A stretch of DNA of 63,896 nt, the filler included, from Octopus bimaculoides (taxonomy: Eukaryota): the NCBI RefSeq assembly GCF_001194135.2. It is 7 parts of 6 records of this genome, joined end to end, with 100 filler letters (N's around TTAATTAATTAA, not from the genome) between each part and the next. Parts side by side here need not be neighbours in the genome. Positions count along the whole stretch, not along the records: positions 1 to 18,338 come from NC_068998.1; positions 18,439 to 42,654 come from NC_068981.1; 5 more parts are not named here. One strand, written 5' to 3'. Numbering within the stretch: the first letter of the stretch is position 1; the number at the start of each line of letters is the position of its first letter. The notes beneath the pieces were generated by a model. It was not told the DNA's origin. It was given only the letters and a program-made list of their open reading frames with translations, and ran no database searches. Positions 12,631-26,224 of the stretch are shown piece after piece. Position numbers and translations under genes: made by a program.

Positions 12631-12700
12631 TTCCCTATATAGGAACTAGTGGAAACGTAGAGAACTTCTCACTTACCACAGGCTTTCCTATTTTTTGCTT

Positions 12701-12832
12701 TATAGGGATTGTTTCTGTTTTTAGGCTCCACATTCGAATTACCTCTGTTTCCAGATTTTGGTATTTTGAGAGTTTCTCCGTTTCTTTTACAGATACATTG
12801 TCTTCTATTGGCACTGATATATCGATTAGAAG

Positions 12833-12833
<1 letters not shown>
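12701..12833 (-). mobile_element. R4/Dong-like REL endonuclease fragment
   Basis: LLIDISVPIEDNVSVKETEKLSKYQNLETEVIRMWSLKTETIPI. The truncated 5' end abuts (AAT)n on the coding strand. Confidence 0.85.

Positions 12834-12892
<59 letters not shown>
12834..12892. repeat. (ATT)n microsatellite
   Basis: Direct reading. Confidence 0.95.
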
Positions 12893-12894
<2 letters not shown>

Positions 12895-13039
12895 TTTTTG
12901 TCGTTTTTTAAAAAAATAATTTGAATACTTGGTAGTTATTTTTTATGTTTATTTTAGTTTCGCCTAAAAGCAGATACGTATACAAAGAATTACACACACA
13001 CGTACACACAATCATACACACACATACACATACACGCTT

Positions 13040-13086
<47 letters not shown>

Positions 13087-13779
13087 CACATACACGCATG
13101 CACACGCATGCACACACGCAGAAATTAAAATAACAATGGAAGTCAATATCATAAATGTTCTTGACATTAAATTAATGGGTTGTTTTATGTTTTGCAAGGA
13201 TGTATTAACCCCTGATTTTCGGACCATAGTAACGGGTGGGGTGACTCTCAACTTCTTGATAGTGGTGGTGGTGGTAGTGGTGTTGACGGCAGCGGTGACG
13301 ATATTGCTAGGAAAGACAGGCAAGTAGGATAAGAGAGGAGATGAGATGTTTAACTCTATGTAGTTGTATAATGATCTTTTTAATGTGTTGCAATTAGTGA
13401 GTTCTATTTTGAGCTGTTTCCAGGCTTTATTACATGAAATAGCGAATAATAGAAACAATTATACATCATACAATAACAGCAAACCCCATACGAACAAACA
13501 TATGAAATGAAAATATGTACGCCCTCTATCGTGAAGAACATTCGAAGCGAAGTGTTGCTGTTGCCAATGCTGCCGTTGCTGCTGTTGCTGCCGTCGCTGC
13601 TGCTGCTGCTGATACTCATGTTGTTCATTGACTGAGCTAATTAAGGATCAGATCGAAAGGTTCCAATGCTCACTTGGATGATAGGATATAGCAATTTAGT
13701 GCTGCTTTAACTATTGCTACCAATTCTGAGAATACACCTGTAGGGAAAAAAAAGAGAAAAAAAAAAAGGTAATGTAAAA

Positions 13780-14070
13780 GGAGAAAGGGCTCTATACCCC
13801 TTTCTTATTTTTTCTGACCAGGCTCCCGTGGTTTTATGGGTTTTTCCACGTGTAACCTTTCCTTTTTCGAAGCGCCTCCCCCTTTGGGAGTTCTACTTAT
13901 TTATTTATCTATTTATTTATCTATTTATTTGTTATATCTTTCTCCGTTTTCTTCCTCTGTTTAGACGAACTTTCCTACCTTTTCGGACAAAACCTTTTGT
14001 AACCTTCATCCTGTCTTTGTCCTTATATGTTTTTAATTGATATTAGCCCTTGTGGCCAATAAGACGAATC
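13780..14070 (+). mobile_element. Probable LINE 3' UTR (possibly L1/Tx1-like)
   Basis: Pyrimidine-rich UTR-like sequence ending ttagcccttgtggccaataagacgaat directly before (ATT)n. Class assignment is from memory. Confidence 0.5.
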
Positions 14071-14071
14071 A

Positions 14072-14150
<79 letters not shown>
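14072..14150. repeat. (ATT)n microsatellite
   Basis: Direct reading. Confidence 0.95.
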
Positions 14151-14153
<3 letters not shown>

Positions 14154-14480
14154 GCATGCATATATGTATGTATGCATGTATTATGTGCATGTGTGTCTGG
14201 GTGTGTATTGTGGACGCGATAGGACTTTATAAACTTCGAGAGTATGTGAAATTATGCTTCTTTGAAACGTTTGATCTGGAAGTAAATAAAGCCGTAAAGT
14301 TATATAAAATTGTATGTAAATATTGGGTTACTTATATAGCTTTACTCACTTCGAGATCCAACGTTAAAAAAAGAATTATGTGTATGTAGGGTTTAACGCT
14401 GATGATTGCAGCCTTTCTTGATATAACTAGTGGAAGGCATCCGCATACAAACACACGCATACATATACATGTGAATCTAC

Positions 14481-14482
<2 letters not shown>

Positions 14483-14572
<90 letters not shown>
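14483..14572. repeat. (CA)n microsatellite
   Basis: Direct reading. Confidence 0.95.
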
Positions 14573-14575
<3 letters not shown>

Positions 14576-15427
14576 TTACACACGCTGTTGCCAAAATCAT
14601 CTACACCTACGATAGAAAATATGAGATGACGCCGAAAACCCACGATTGATAGCATAGCAATCAATGTAACCACACTGCCAACAACACCGAGCGTGGTAAC
14701 GAACGGTGTCGATGTGTCGATGACAAGTGTTTGGTCAATATACAAATCTGACTTGAGATCACTTCAACGATATACAGCTTGCCACCGAATTATTTAGTTG
14801 GACGGTAAATGTAGAGCAAATGTTATTAATTCAGCAAGGACACCTAGCGGTTATGACTAGTAAAAGGTTCCGACACGTCGCTTCCCAACGATCTGTCTTA
14901 TTTCAGCTTGAGGGCTCCTACTTGAATTACGTTGAAGGCTTGACAAGTGAATTATATTACGGCGAGAGACTTCAGTTTTAGGTCTTGATACTTGAATTAG
15001 ATTCCAACTTTTAAGTTTTCAATATTATTATATAGTTTCACTGAAACGAAGTTCAGCCAAGGTGAAGACAACATTTCTGCATGCATCTATTGCTTTCAAA
15101 ATAGTGCTATTTCGTAATACTATCATTCCATCGCACTCTTCCTGCTTCCTCGTTCACATAAAATCTGAAGGTTTGAAGAATAATTTTTAGAAATGTCTTT
15201 AATTTAATATAGAAGCAACTCACTGTTCGTGCTCAGAATCAAATAGTTCGACTTTTTCAGATGTCATTATTAATTATTTTAAGACGTGATATTTACCATT
15301 GTTGCTATTGCTGGTGTTTCGCTGCGTTACCATATCTGATTGGATTCGAGCACACTTAATAAATAAAAAAATTCTAGGTGTGACAGTTCTGTTTTACTGA
15401 CATAACTTGCTTCAAAGTACATTATCA

Positions 15428-16262
15428 AATTAATTGCTGGCAAGGACACAGTATCTCGTTTTGCAACCATAATACACTACCAAGTATATTATAGCTTTAC
15501 AAGTCAATATTGTACCCCACCGTGTGTTAGCAATGCGATATACTCGATTTTAAGTATATTTCTATAGCACTGCAAGTTACAACGTTTCATAAACGATTAA
15601 GTCTATATAAATAATGCGATAGAAGATAGGTGAAATAGATATTGGGTGTATATGCATATTTCAAGAGTTATTACATTTTCGTCATCGTCACATCCAACCA
15701 ATCAACTATCCACAAACACATGTTTAAATGCCCATTACTTTTAGTGGTGTAACACAATTGGAAAGTCTAATTTATGTATCAAACACATTCCTGACTATTG
15801 GTATGTACATATTAATTGCTGGCAAATACGCCGTGTTATCCAGTATAATACAGGTTTACAGGTCGATATTGAGTCCTATTTTGTGCTAGTAGTGCGCGAT
15901 ACGCTCACTTCTAAATTTATCTCTTTAAAATTTCTATAGAATTCACAGCCAGCACTGATATTAATATGTGCGTACCAGTCGCCAAGTATGTATCTAATAT
16001 GTAAATTAATCTATCCATTTGTGTCAAATCACTAAAACTAGTGGATTTGTAAGCAGAATGTTCGTTGATAAAAGATGGATTGGATGTGGTACTGATGAAA
16101 GAGAAAATATACTCGAAATATGCATGTACACCCATTATCTACTTATTCTATATTCGATCGCATTTTTTACATAAACGTATTTCTGTGTGAATCATCGAAA
16201 CTTGCTGTGCCGGTTCTGAATTCTGTAGAAAACCCATCGAGATAAATTTAAAGGTGATACCA
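15428..16262. repeat. Diverged direct-plus-inverted duplication (fold-back)
   Basis: ~15535-15823 aligns with the reverse complement of ~15948-16262 (e.g. tgggtgtatatgcatatttc / tgggtgtacatgcatatttc; ttttagtggtgtaacacaattgga / ttttagtgatttgacacaaatgga). 15428-15562 recurs directly at ~15811-15925. Confidence 0.8.
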
Positions 16263-16588
16263 TCAAATTTATCTTACTTTTTTCTTCAGAGAGAAGTTTG
16301 ATTTGAAAGAAATTTCTCGCATTTTCTACCCTTCTTAGTTGTTAGTTACGGTGAGATTAAGAAATTTAGACAACAGTTGTTCTTCATTTCTTACCTATTA
16401 TTGCTGGTATAGCGGCAAATATTTAGTGAGGATTATAATGAGGCTGTTGATGTCACTGTTATTCCTGATGAGCGTAGGGTAGGGTTTTATTCGAAATGTT
16501 TGTTTCAACTGGCTAAAAGTGATTACTTTTTTAGATGACTTATGGTAATTTTTCAGGTCTTGTAATATTCGTACGCACGCACGCACAC

Positions 16589-16704
<116 letters not shown>

Positions 16705-17309
16705 GCTCACACACACATACACACACCTGTCTTGTTTTACATGCCTAAACACTAATGTAACCTTATAGTTTAAATGTTTCTGACAATGCTGGAAGACGGG
16801 ATTCTATTCTAAGCCGAAAGACAATGCATTAGATTCCGTGTTTGACTGTTTTATTATTGTTTTTATTCCTGTATATTTGAATTTTTTCCCCATTTTCTTC
16901 TTAAGCCATGTGTGTTCTAGTCTCTTAATTATTCATGTTTAAAATATGTCCCATCTTTATGAGTTATCCTTTCATTCATTCATTCATTCATTCATTCATT
17001 CAAGAGTGTCGGACAAAATGCCTGGTGACTCTTTACGTTTCAGCTCTCTATCCTAACACTTACGAGTGTTGCTGAAAAACTCCTGGATTTGAGTAACAGA
17101 AAATTAAGGAGGATCAGTTAATTATGATTTTATTCAAAATATTCCCTTCCTAGATTCACACACTTATTGCAGCAGACCTTCCCTTTTTCTAAGCCCTATA
17201 TAAGAACTCGGAATGTTGAGCTCTCAGCCAGGGCTTTTACGCTAACCTTAAACGCAGGAACTTTTCAGCATCTCTCGTACATCGTGCACATAATTTTGTT
17301 ATGTTCCTT

Positions 17310-17716
17310 ATTTCCCTCAGTGGACAGCAACCATGCCATGGCACAACCTTGAAGTGTTTTGTCGATCAATTAAATCAACACCAGTTCATACTTTGAGATA
17401 TGTTATTTGTTCTATCGGTCCCTTTTAGTTGAACTCCTTGATTACGTGTACATAAACAAAACCCCTGTTGTGAAGCGGCGGGATACAGACAAAAATTCAA
17501 AAACACGCACACAGAGACACATATGCACACACACACATACACACACACACAAACTCACGTACAGTCTCACATGCGAATATTCTCACATACACGCTCATGG
17601 ATAAATATATGATGAGCTTCGAAAAGGTTTCTGTTTATCAGATTCACTCTCAGAGCGTTGACCATCTCTAGGCTATAGAAGACAACTGATCTGGTGCACA
17701 CTAGGACTCAACCCGG
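17310..17716 (-). mobile_element. Decayed SINE family B with internal microsatellite
   Basis: 3' part (ccatgccatggcacaaccttgaag..ttctatcggtc), CA tract, core ggctatagaagaca. Confidence 0.65.
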
Positions 17717-18382
17717 TGCCATACACACTCTCACTCTCACTCCCATACGCACACACACACACACACACACATACACCACACACACACACACATACATTAC
17801 TTACTCGACTCCGTCAGTCACGAATGGCCATGGGTGAACTTAAGTCACATCTATGCACATATAGTACTTCTTGGTGTCCTACATGGGTACACACATGTGT
17901 GCATTTCTAGATATGGATATTATATGTTATATTTATTGATTTTTTTTGTTTTCTTATAAATATGTAAGTTCTAATACGTATATTAATATGAACCTGTGTA
18001 TATATATATATGTTTCGCATACACACACACACGCACACACACATATACGACTTATTATGTGTGTGCGTTTATGTCTATATGTGTGTGCTTCTTCTCTCTT
18101 TGCACCGGTATGCGTATATCTGTACTGTGTTTTCTTTTATATGTATAGCCTAATCGTACGACAACTAGAATTGTGTTTGTCGACCGCTTTCGCTTTTGCT
18201 ATTCATGACATAAAAAATTTATTTAAATACATATTTTCTTAAGATATATTCTTTTGTCCATGTTGTGTGTGGAGTTTATGAATGAACGATTCAACAATTC
18301 CTGTACGCATATATGCATATATATATATATATATATATNNNNNNNNNNNNNNNNNNNNNNNNNNNNNNNNNNNNNNNNNNNN

Positions 18383-18394
18383 TTAATTAATTAA
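18383..18394. other. Artificial assembly gap linker TTAATTAATTAA
   Basis: Centred in a 100-bp block (44 N + 12 + 44 N); gives stops in all six frames; identical in six gaps. Confidence 0.95.
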
Positions 18395-21300
18395 NNNNNN
18401 NNNNNNNNNNNNNNNNNNNNNNNNNNNNNNNNNNNNNNATATGTATATATACATATACATATATATATATACATATGTGCGTGTGTGTAGGTATATATAC
18501 AAAGGCTTTAATTGCAATTGCTCTAATCAACCATTTATACCATATGTTATCCAGGATAATCTACTAGAGTAAACATTCTTTTGACTGCATATTCCAGATA
18601 GAAAAAAAGGCTGTGACCATCTGACAATTTATATAAACGGCTCATCCTCGACGTATACTTTTCCATGAGTACCATTCGTGCATCTTTGGTAAGCTGGAGG
18701 AGGACATTTTTCACAAAAGACCGCTTTAACTATTTGCCATTTAACTAATTTTGCATTTTCCACAGTCTAAATCTTCCGATATATCACGGTCATTACAACA
18801 GTATTTCACTATGTGAACGGATTCATTGCATGTCAGTCTCTTGATTAGATGAATATAATCGTGTCGTAAAACGGAAAGCGACTCTTCTCCCAGTTTTGGA
18901 TAACACACTGCGTGTAGACCATTGAAAAGTGGTATTGATTTACTAATTTCATTCTACTTAGATGAAATACTTACCTCTGACTTCACTAATCACCACTTGC
19001 TTCTGTTTTCCCTGGAATTCTATATTCAGTAAGGCCTTGAGTAATTAAACCAAATTCATACTCCATTTATTTACTTCATAAGTCACTTAGACGTTTGGTA
19101 CAATGGTTTATCTACTTAGGCCTTTTATTTTCTCGGGTTGGCGCGACCACTTCTATTTGTAACATACAAAACTACATGACGATGGTTTCGTGTGTTCATG
19201 ATAAATTGAAATTTTGAAAAATGCATATAATGTCTCAAATCATAAATATTCGGCTAAAATTGACAGCTTCTGAAGGAGCCATAATTTATCGATGTTATAT
19301 TCCGTCAAACGCCTTAGACTGATGCACATTCATCAAAACTGTCTTATTTTCGGTCATACTATATGCAGCGGTTTTCCTTGATATATCTTTTCGTTCGATA
19401 ATTTTGCTTTTAGAATATTTTTGGAGGAAATAGGATGGGTAAACATCAAATTGCGTTGAACAGTTCTATGGATAGGGAATATAATAAATAACTGGGTTTT
19501 CTGATTGAATGTTGATGTAAAATACTTCAGTTCATGTCACATAATGGTAATACCTTATTGAGAAAGTAAAGATAACTCTGTATCATATTGTGGTTAAATT
19601 TTTGAGTACGCATATGTAGATTTACGCGACAGAAAATACAAAACAAACGAACAAATTATTAACAAGATGTCTTTATATCGCCATTTATTTAAACGAAAAT
19701 AACGAGAAAAAGAAAAGATTTAAAGTTTCTTCTTCTTCATAATTATGTATATGCCACCGTCTATAATAAGATTACGTACCATTTCGTTCAGTTATCTTTT
19801 CTCATTATGTCCCCCACCCTGTTTATTAAACAGCGTTCTCATTTTCTTATCATGATTGGATTTTCTTCAACCAATATTATATTAACAGAAAAAGAACGCC
19901 TTATAATACTAATTATTTGCAAGAGTTACACACATGCATACACACACAGACATAGGTTCAAACATTGGAAGACAGACTAACATAAACACATGAAGAGGTA
20001 GGAGACATAGTACACACAAGAGCGAAAAGATATAGTACACGCATGATCCTACAGACGCGCTGCAATCTAATAAACGTTATAGATTAACTAAACGAAATAC
20101 AATAAAAAATACCAAGTAACCACAACAACTCCAATTAGAAAACGAAAGTACCCTATTAATTTTAAAAAATGTGTTCGAGAACGTTAATGAAACATTTTTA
20201 ATATCCTTTCAGTATTAATGAAAAAGTATTGTCGGAGACATAAGATTTTTAGAGTAAAATCTAATTATTTTTTAAATGAATTCTTTCATGCTTAGATGAT
20301 TTTCATTGACACCTAAGAAGAAATTTAAAACTTTTTACAAAAATTTACAAATAGATATTAAACGAAAATCTATAACGAAAAATATTTTATCGTCATTTCT
20401 GAAATAAGCCCCCTAATAGCTTCAGATGAGAAACATACAACAAATGTGACCATTATTTATTTATAAGTATTTGATTTAAATAGTTTTGCCATAATTAGAA
20501 AAATGAAATTCTCTTAATTTTTATTTTCTCNNNNNNNNNNNNNNNNNNNNNNNNNNNNNNNNNNNNNNNNNNNNNNNNNNNNNNNNNNNNNNNNNNNNNN
20601 NNNNNNNNNNNNNNNNNNNNNNNNNNNNNNNNNNNNNNNNNNNNNNNNNNNNNNNNNNNNNNNNNNNNNNNNNNNNNNNNNNNNNNNNNNNNNNNNNNNN
20701 NNNNNNNNNNNNNNNNNNNNNNTATATATATATATATATATATACACATGAACATATATATATATATGTGTGATGTATGTATATGCGTAGGTATGCACAT
20801 ACTTGTACGTATATATGCATATACTCATTTATTATTTGTTATATATATATATATATACATATGCGTGTGTGTGTGTGTGTGTGTGTGTGTGAGTGTATGT
20901 ATGTGTGCGCGTGTGCGTAGGTGTGTGCGTGAATGCGCGTGTATGTGTGTGTATGTCTGTACCAATGTGCATTTACAAGCATAGAAGCACGCACAGATGC
21001 ATATAATCTTGAAAGTGTACACACACACACACACACACGCACACACACACACACAAACACAATACTGGATCACGATGAACAAATCATTTGTGCAGGTTGA
21101 TCGGCAAAAGCTTCCACGGGAGAGTCCATCACATATATATATATATGAATTTGTAATGTAAATAAATATATCCGCTTCTCATATTTCCAGACATTTCGGA
21201 GTTTAGACATACATATATATATATTTGTCCGTACTTACATTCATACATACATATACGTACATAGGGATACATTATTAGCTAAATAAATCTGTACATACTT

Positions 21301-21859
21301 GTGCGTGTGTGTATTTGTGTGTGTGTGTTCATGATATGGTGAACTATGATACGCAGTAGCTTACGATATATTTTCATTATTTGATTTACTTAAAATAAAT
21401 CTAAAACAACACCTAATACATGTAAAATGTATTAGCTGCTTTTTCTCTTGAGAAATATCGCAAATATGTAGTCAATAATAAAGATTTGTTACATAGGTAC
21501 GAAGGCACGAATTTAGTGGAAAGATATGCATAGTCTCTTTTTTTATTATTTATCGAACTTGAAATGATAAAATGTCTTATCCAAGTGGGATTTGAACTTG
21601 GAATACAAAAGGAACATAGACAAATGCATCTCAACATGCTTTTGAACGCTGTACTAATCATGCTATCAGCATTACCTCTGGGAACTACTAATGATGATTC
21701 ACAATTAGCTGAATACAGGCGGAACGCACACACACACACATACACGCACATGCACACACGCATATATTTATGCTAATATGAAAGTACACAAACAAACGTA
21801 CATATACGCACAAACTTTCACACGGATACATTTATATGAATCTTGTAACCCGACCATTT

Positions 21860-22066
21860 AGGAGAATCATTAGAACACTGGAAAAATGCTTAGCAGCATT
21901 TCGTCCGTCTTTATGCTCTGAGTTCAAATTCCGCCGAGTTGACTTTGCTTTTCATTCTGTCGGAGTCGATAGAAAATAAGTACCAGTTGAACACTAGGGT
22001 CGGTGTAATAAACTTTCTCTCTCCCTCAAAATTAATGACCTTGTGCTAATCTGTGAAACCAATATT
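21860..22066 (+). mobile_element. tRNA-derived SINE, family A
   Basis: aaatgcttagcagcatttcgtccgtc..gagttcaaattccgccgag (B box)..gactttgcttttcat..gtcgat..aataagtaccag..ccttgtgc. Confidence 0.85.
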
Positions 22067-22704
22067 TACTCTGTGCGCGTAAGCGAAAGCAGGGTATTGT
22101 AATCATTCATCTTAATCAGTTTCTCCGTGTGGAAGCATCGAATACGTTTGGTATGTCGTATTCGAAAAGCTTTAAAATTGGCGGCAACTGTTGTCAGCGG
22201 ACCGTTTATTTTCATGGCTGAAAACTTAGCCGGTATCTGACTTCTGCAGGCTTGACTGTCGTAGACGCCTGCTGGCAAATCTTTCCATTTTTATAACGAT
22301 AAAATACCTAATCTCTCTAGTGTTTTTTACAGCTATACTGCGTTCGAAATTTAGTTTCTTGTCTGTAAAATACCAAACGCAATCGACGCTTGCAAAAACT
22401 TCTTATATATATATANNNNNNNNNNNNNNNNNNNNNNNNNNNNNNNNNNNNNNNNNNNNNNNNNNNNNNNNNNNNNNNNNNNNNNNNNNTATCGATATAA
22501 ATATATATATGTATATCGATAGAAATGGCAAGACAACAAAAAAATGAAAGAGACCTCGATATTATCTAAATAGAGGAATTTATCTGTAAATATAACATGC
22601 GACAAATTCAGTAGCCATCATAAAATTCTGAGCTTCGGATGTAGGGGCGGAAACCCACGCCGGCATCTCTTCAATTATCGAACCATCGAAAAAAAAATCT
22701 CATA

Positions 22705-22824
22705 GCATTTTTGGTCGGCCCGAGGCTATAGAAGACACTCGCCCAAGGTATCACGCAGTAGGACTGAACCCGGAACCATGTGGTTGGTTAGCAAGCTACT
22801 TACCACACAGCCCCTCTTGCACCT
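22705..22824 (-). mobile_element. SINE family B, 5' half
   Basis: rc: gctgtgtggtaagtagcttgctaaccaaccacatggttccgggttcagtcctactgcgtg.accttgggcgagtgtcttctatagcctcgggccgacc. Confidence 0.85.
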
Positions 22825-23168
22825 CTATGTTGCCATTATATCTGTTTTATTATTAAAACTGGCTTTATGATATACGAGTAGTGGTATCTTTTGTAATACA
22901 CCGATTCTTTGTAAGGACATTACTCCTGTTATTGATAAATGAATGGCTTGCTTTTATTCATTGGTCGATTTTATTATTGCCAAAAATCAGTTGCTGTATT
23001 TTACTTTCTGTTGGCCAGTTTCGATATTGACAAATTTATAAGGATGGATGTTGTAATTATATCCTGTTCTGCTTATTACTTCATTTTTGTACATCGGTTT
23101 TCATTGATGAATTTGAAACCACATGAGACTCCTCAAAAAAAAGGAATTTTATATTGCATACATATATA

Positions 23169-23209
<41 letters not shown>

Positions 23210-23776
23210 GCATTCATGCATACAGGCGAACATAGATACATACATCGATATATACATACTTACATACGTCGATACACACACACACACACACACACAAACA
23301 CATAACTTAAGTGTTAGTTTTTTCGGTATCTCAATGTGATTTCAAATTAGCCATTAAACATCAATGTAGAAACAAAAAAGAGAACATATGTAACGCCGAA
23401 ATACACACATACATGCATGAATACATATATACTCACATACATACGTACATACAAACATACATACACATGTGTGTCTGTATACGTGCATGTGTATATATAT
23501 ATATGAATGTGTGTGTGTGTATATATATATGCATATACATGTACAGAGAGAGGGGGGAATAGAGAGAGAGTGTGTGCGTTCGTGTATGCGTGTGCGTGCG
23601 TGCGTTTGTGCGTGTGTGAATGTGTGTGTGAGGAGGGTGTAAAGTAGAAATTGATTACTATCGAGATTGTTATATACGTATATTGTATTAAATAAACAGT
23701 TAGATAAATGTACGTATATTTACTTATTTACATACAAGGATGGAAGGAGGTAAATACAAGGACACACAGTAAGAAT

Positions 23777-23856
<80 letters not shown>

Positions 23857-23857
23857 G
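23777..23857. repeat. (AG)n microsatellite
   Basis: Direct reading. Confidence 0.95.
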
Positions 23858-24949
23858 GGGGGTAATACAAGCATAGAAGGTAAATATATGTAGAATGAAA
23901 ATGTTAGGGAGAGTTCAAGAATATAATATTACTTTAATAGTGTTCTGTGACTAATTTGCAGTAACTAAAGCCGGCCTCGTCATAACACTGGTGTCAACAC
24001 GTGCGTTATAGATGCTAGAAAAGGGATGATAATCAACGCAAGAGTAGAATTACTGTCGCCATACCATATTAATAACTTGTACCAGTTTAATGTATGAAAG
24101 GAGAAAACAAAACGCACCCTATAATACCTATATACATTCAGACATACATATATACATAAATATACACGCAACATACACACACACAAATACAAATATGCAT
24201 ATATGATTGTGTGTCTGTATGTAACTTCGTATGCTTGCTGTATGAATGTATACATACAGATATTGTTATTTGGATTCGTATTGTGAATAGGAGTTTCACG
24301 GGTGCAAGATTTGCAAGGCGATCTCTAGAGAATAAAATGATATATCCATCCTTTGTTGATTATTCACTGATCACTTCGTAATTAAAATGAACATCATTTT
24401 GAAAATTATATGAGAAAAATAAAAGAACAAAAATTCCCTTCTCAATAGATTGATAGATATATGAGAAAACACGCTCGGATAATATATAAATCTGATAACG
24501 TTCAAATATCCTTGTATGACTTCTTTACTACTTGTTTTTGATTTTCTCGTCACTTGCATTCTCAATGTTTCTCTCCTTCAACAATTATATCACATCCACT
24601 CAAATATAACACATACAGACACAGTTACCATATATTTTTTGTATGCATCTATCTTTCTCTATATGCATATCTGCATACATTGAAACATATGCTTACGCAC
24701 AAACACACACACAAACATAACGCCCAAAGGTGCACGCACATATATTGGAAAGTATATGTTCCACTACTAACTATTTATGCTTAGCTCTCCACATAGATTC
24801 GCATTATCAGGTCGCCTTGCTGTATAGTGATTAATTAACTACCGTAATGTGTAGTATGATCAGTTATGAACTACAGAGCAAATGTAGGAAAACTAAAAGT
24901 ATACATAAGCTTATACTAAAGTTCCCTTTATTTTACACTTCTATTTAAA

Positions 24950-25399
24950 CTTACATTTCCGTGGTTTGGCCGTAGTCCGTGCAACGTCTATATTCCTCCC
25001 TTTGCCTGTGAAATCTTGTATCTCTGCCGTAAGGCTTTATTTCCACACACGCCAGCTTAATTTAATTCGTCCTTAGTCGAAAGACACCTGTTGTTATGTC
25101 CTGTTATTTCTATTTGTGTAACATTCTTCGTTTTCTTTCCGTCCTTGTTTTCGTATACATTCGCTGCTTTCTTCCAAGGAATCTAATGCTCTTAGCTCAG
25201 TTTTTCCTTGGGGCTGGCCAGATTGCAGCAATGTCGAGTATAACCAGCCGAAATTACAAAGATAATCTGGAACTCGCCTGAGGAAAGATAGCTCCGAATG
25301 ACCCCCTCCTTGTTTTCTTTGTATCGTCTATCTGGATGTTCTATTGCCCCATTTTTGTATCAGCTGACTGTCTGGATGCTTTGCTTTCTTGTCCCATTT
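24950..25399. repeat. Interspersed repeat, longer copy of the 5467-5599 family
   Basis: 25267-25399 is homologous to rc(5467-5599). Left boundary uncertain. Confidence 0.7.
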
Positions 25400-25629
25400 C
25401 GATATGTATATGTGTATGTGTGTACGTGTGTGTGTGTGTGTGTGTGTTCTGAGGAGAATCTCTTTGTAGGCACAGGCGTTGCTGTGTGCTAAATGTCTTC
25501 TACTATAGCCTTTTGAGTGAATTAGGAAGACGGAAACAGAAAGAAGTCCGCACATATACACACACACATTGTATATATGTATATACATATGATGTATGGA
25601 GAGAGATATATAAAAAGAAGGTGTGTATT

Positions 25630-25664
<35 letters not shown>

Positions 25665-26191
25665 GAGAGATACTCGGGAAACTGTTTTAGGAGAAAATAT
25701 ATTAAGGTATGACTAAGTAAATCTCAAGCTAACTCAGCTATATAGAGAAGCATGCAGTCTAACGCATGCACGGATCTATACATACTCACACTCGCATTGG
25801 CAGATACTCGCAAGCAAGGCAAAATGAAAATGCAATGAACAATGAGAAAAATTTAATACTTGCCTCGTTTAGCGCCAAGTACACCTACCTCAAGTTTATA
25901 ATTAGTTGGTTTCCAGGATTCCTCAAAATTTGAAAGATATGTCAAATTGCACGTGATATGAAATAGGAACGATACTGTGACACAAACAATTCTGACAACC
26001 TATATATATGGTGAACATTTATACCTAGTAGGTAAATCCACCTTTTTGCTAATAATTTGTTACTGGAATTTTATTAAAGGAATTCTGTAGATGCGCGTCG
26101 TTTGCATACGTACACACACACACACACATTAATAATATATATAATTTTGTATAAGTGTGTCGGTTTATCTATGCAAATATGTCTGTATGTT

Positions 26192-26224
<33 letters not shown>

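Noticed and set aside
17590-17612. ATGATGAGCTTCGAAAA minimal hammerhead-like core
   Set aside because: C3 is missing, there are no stems I or III, and it lies within a decayed SINE.
18383-18394. Identical TTAATTAATTAA palindrome recurring six times
   Set aside because: Always centred in 44N+12+44N blocks; a synthetic scaffolding spacer, not biology.
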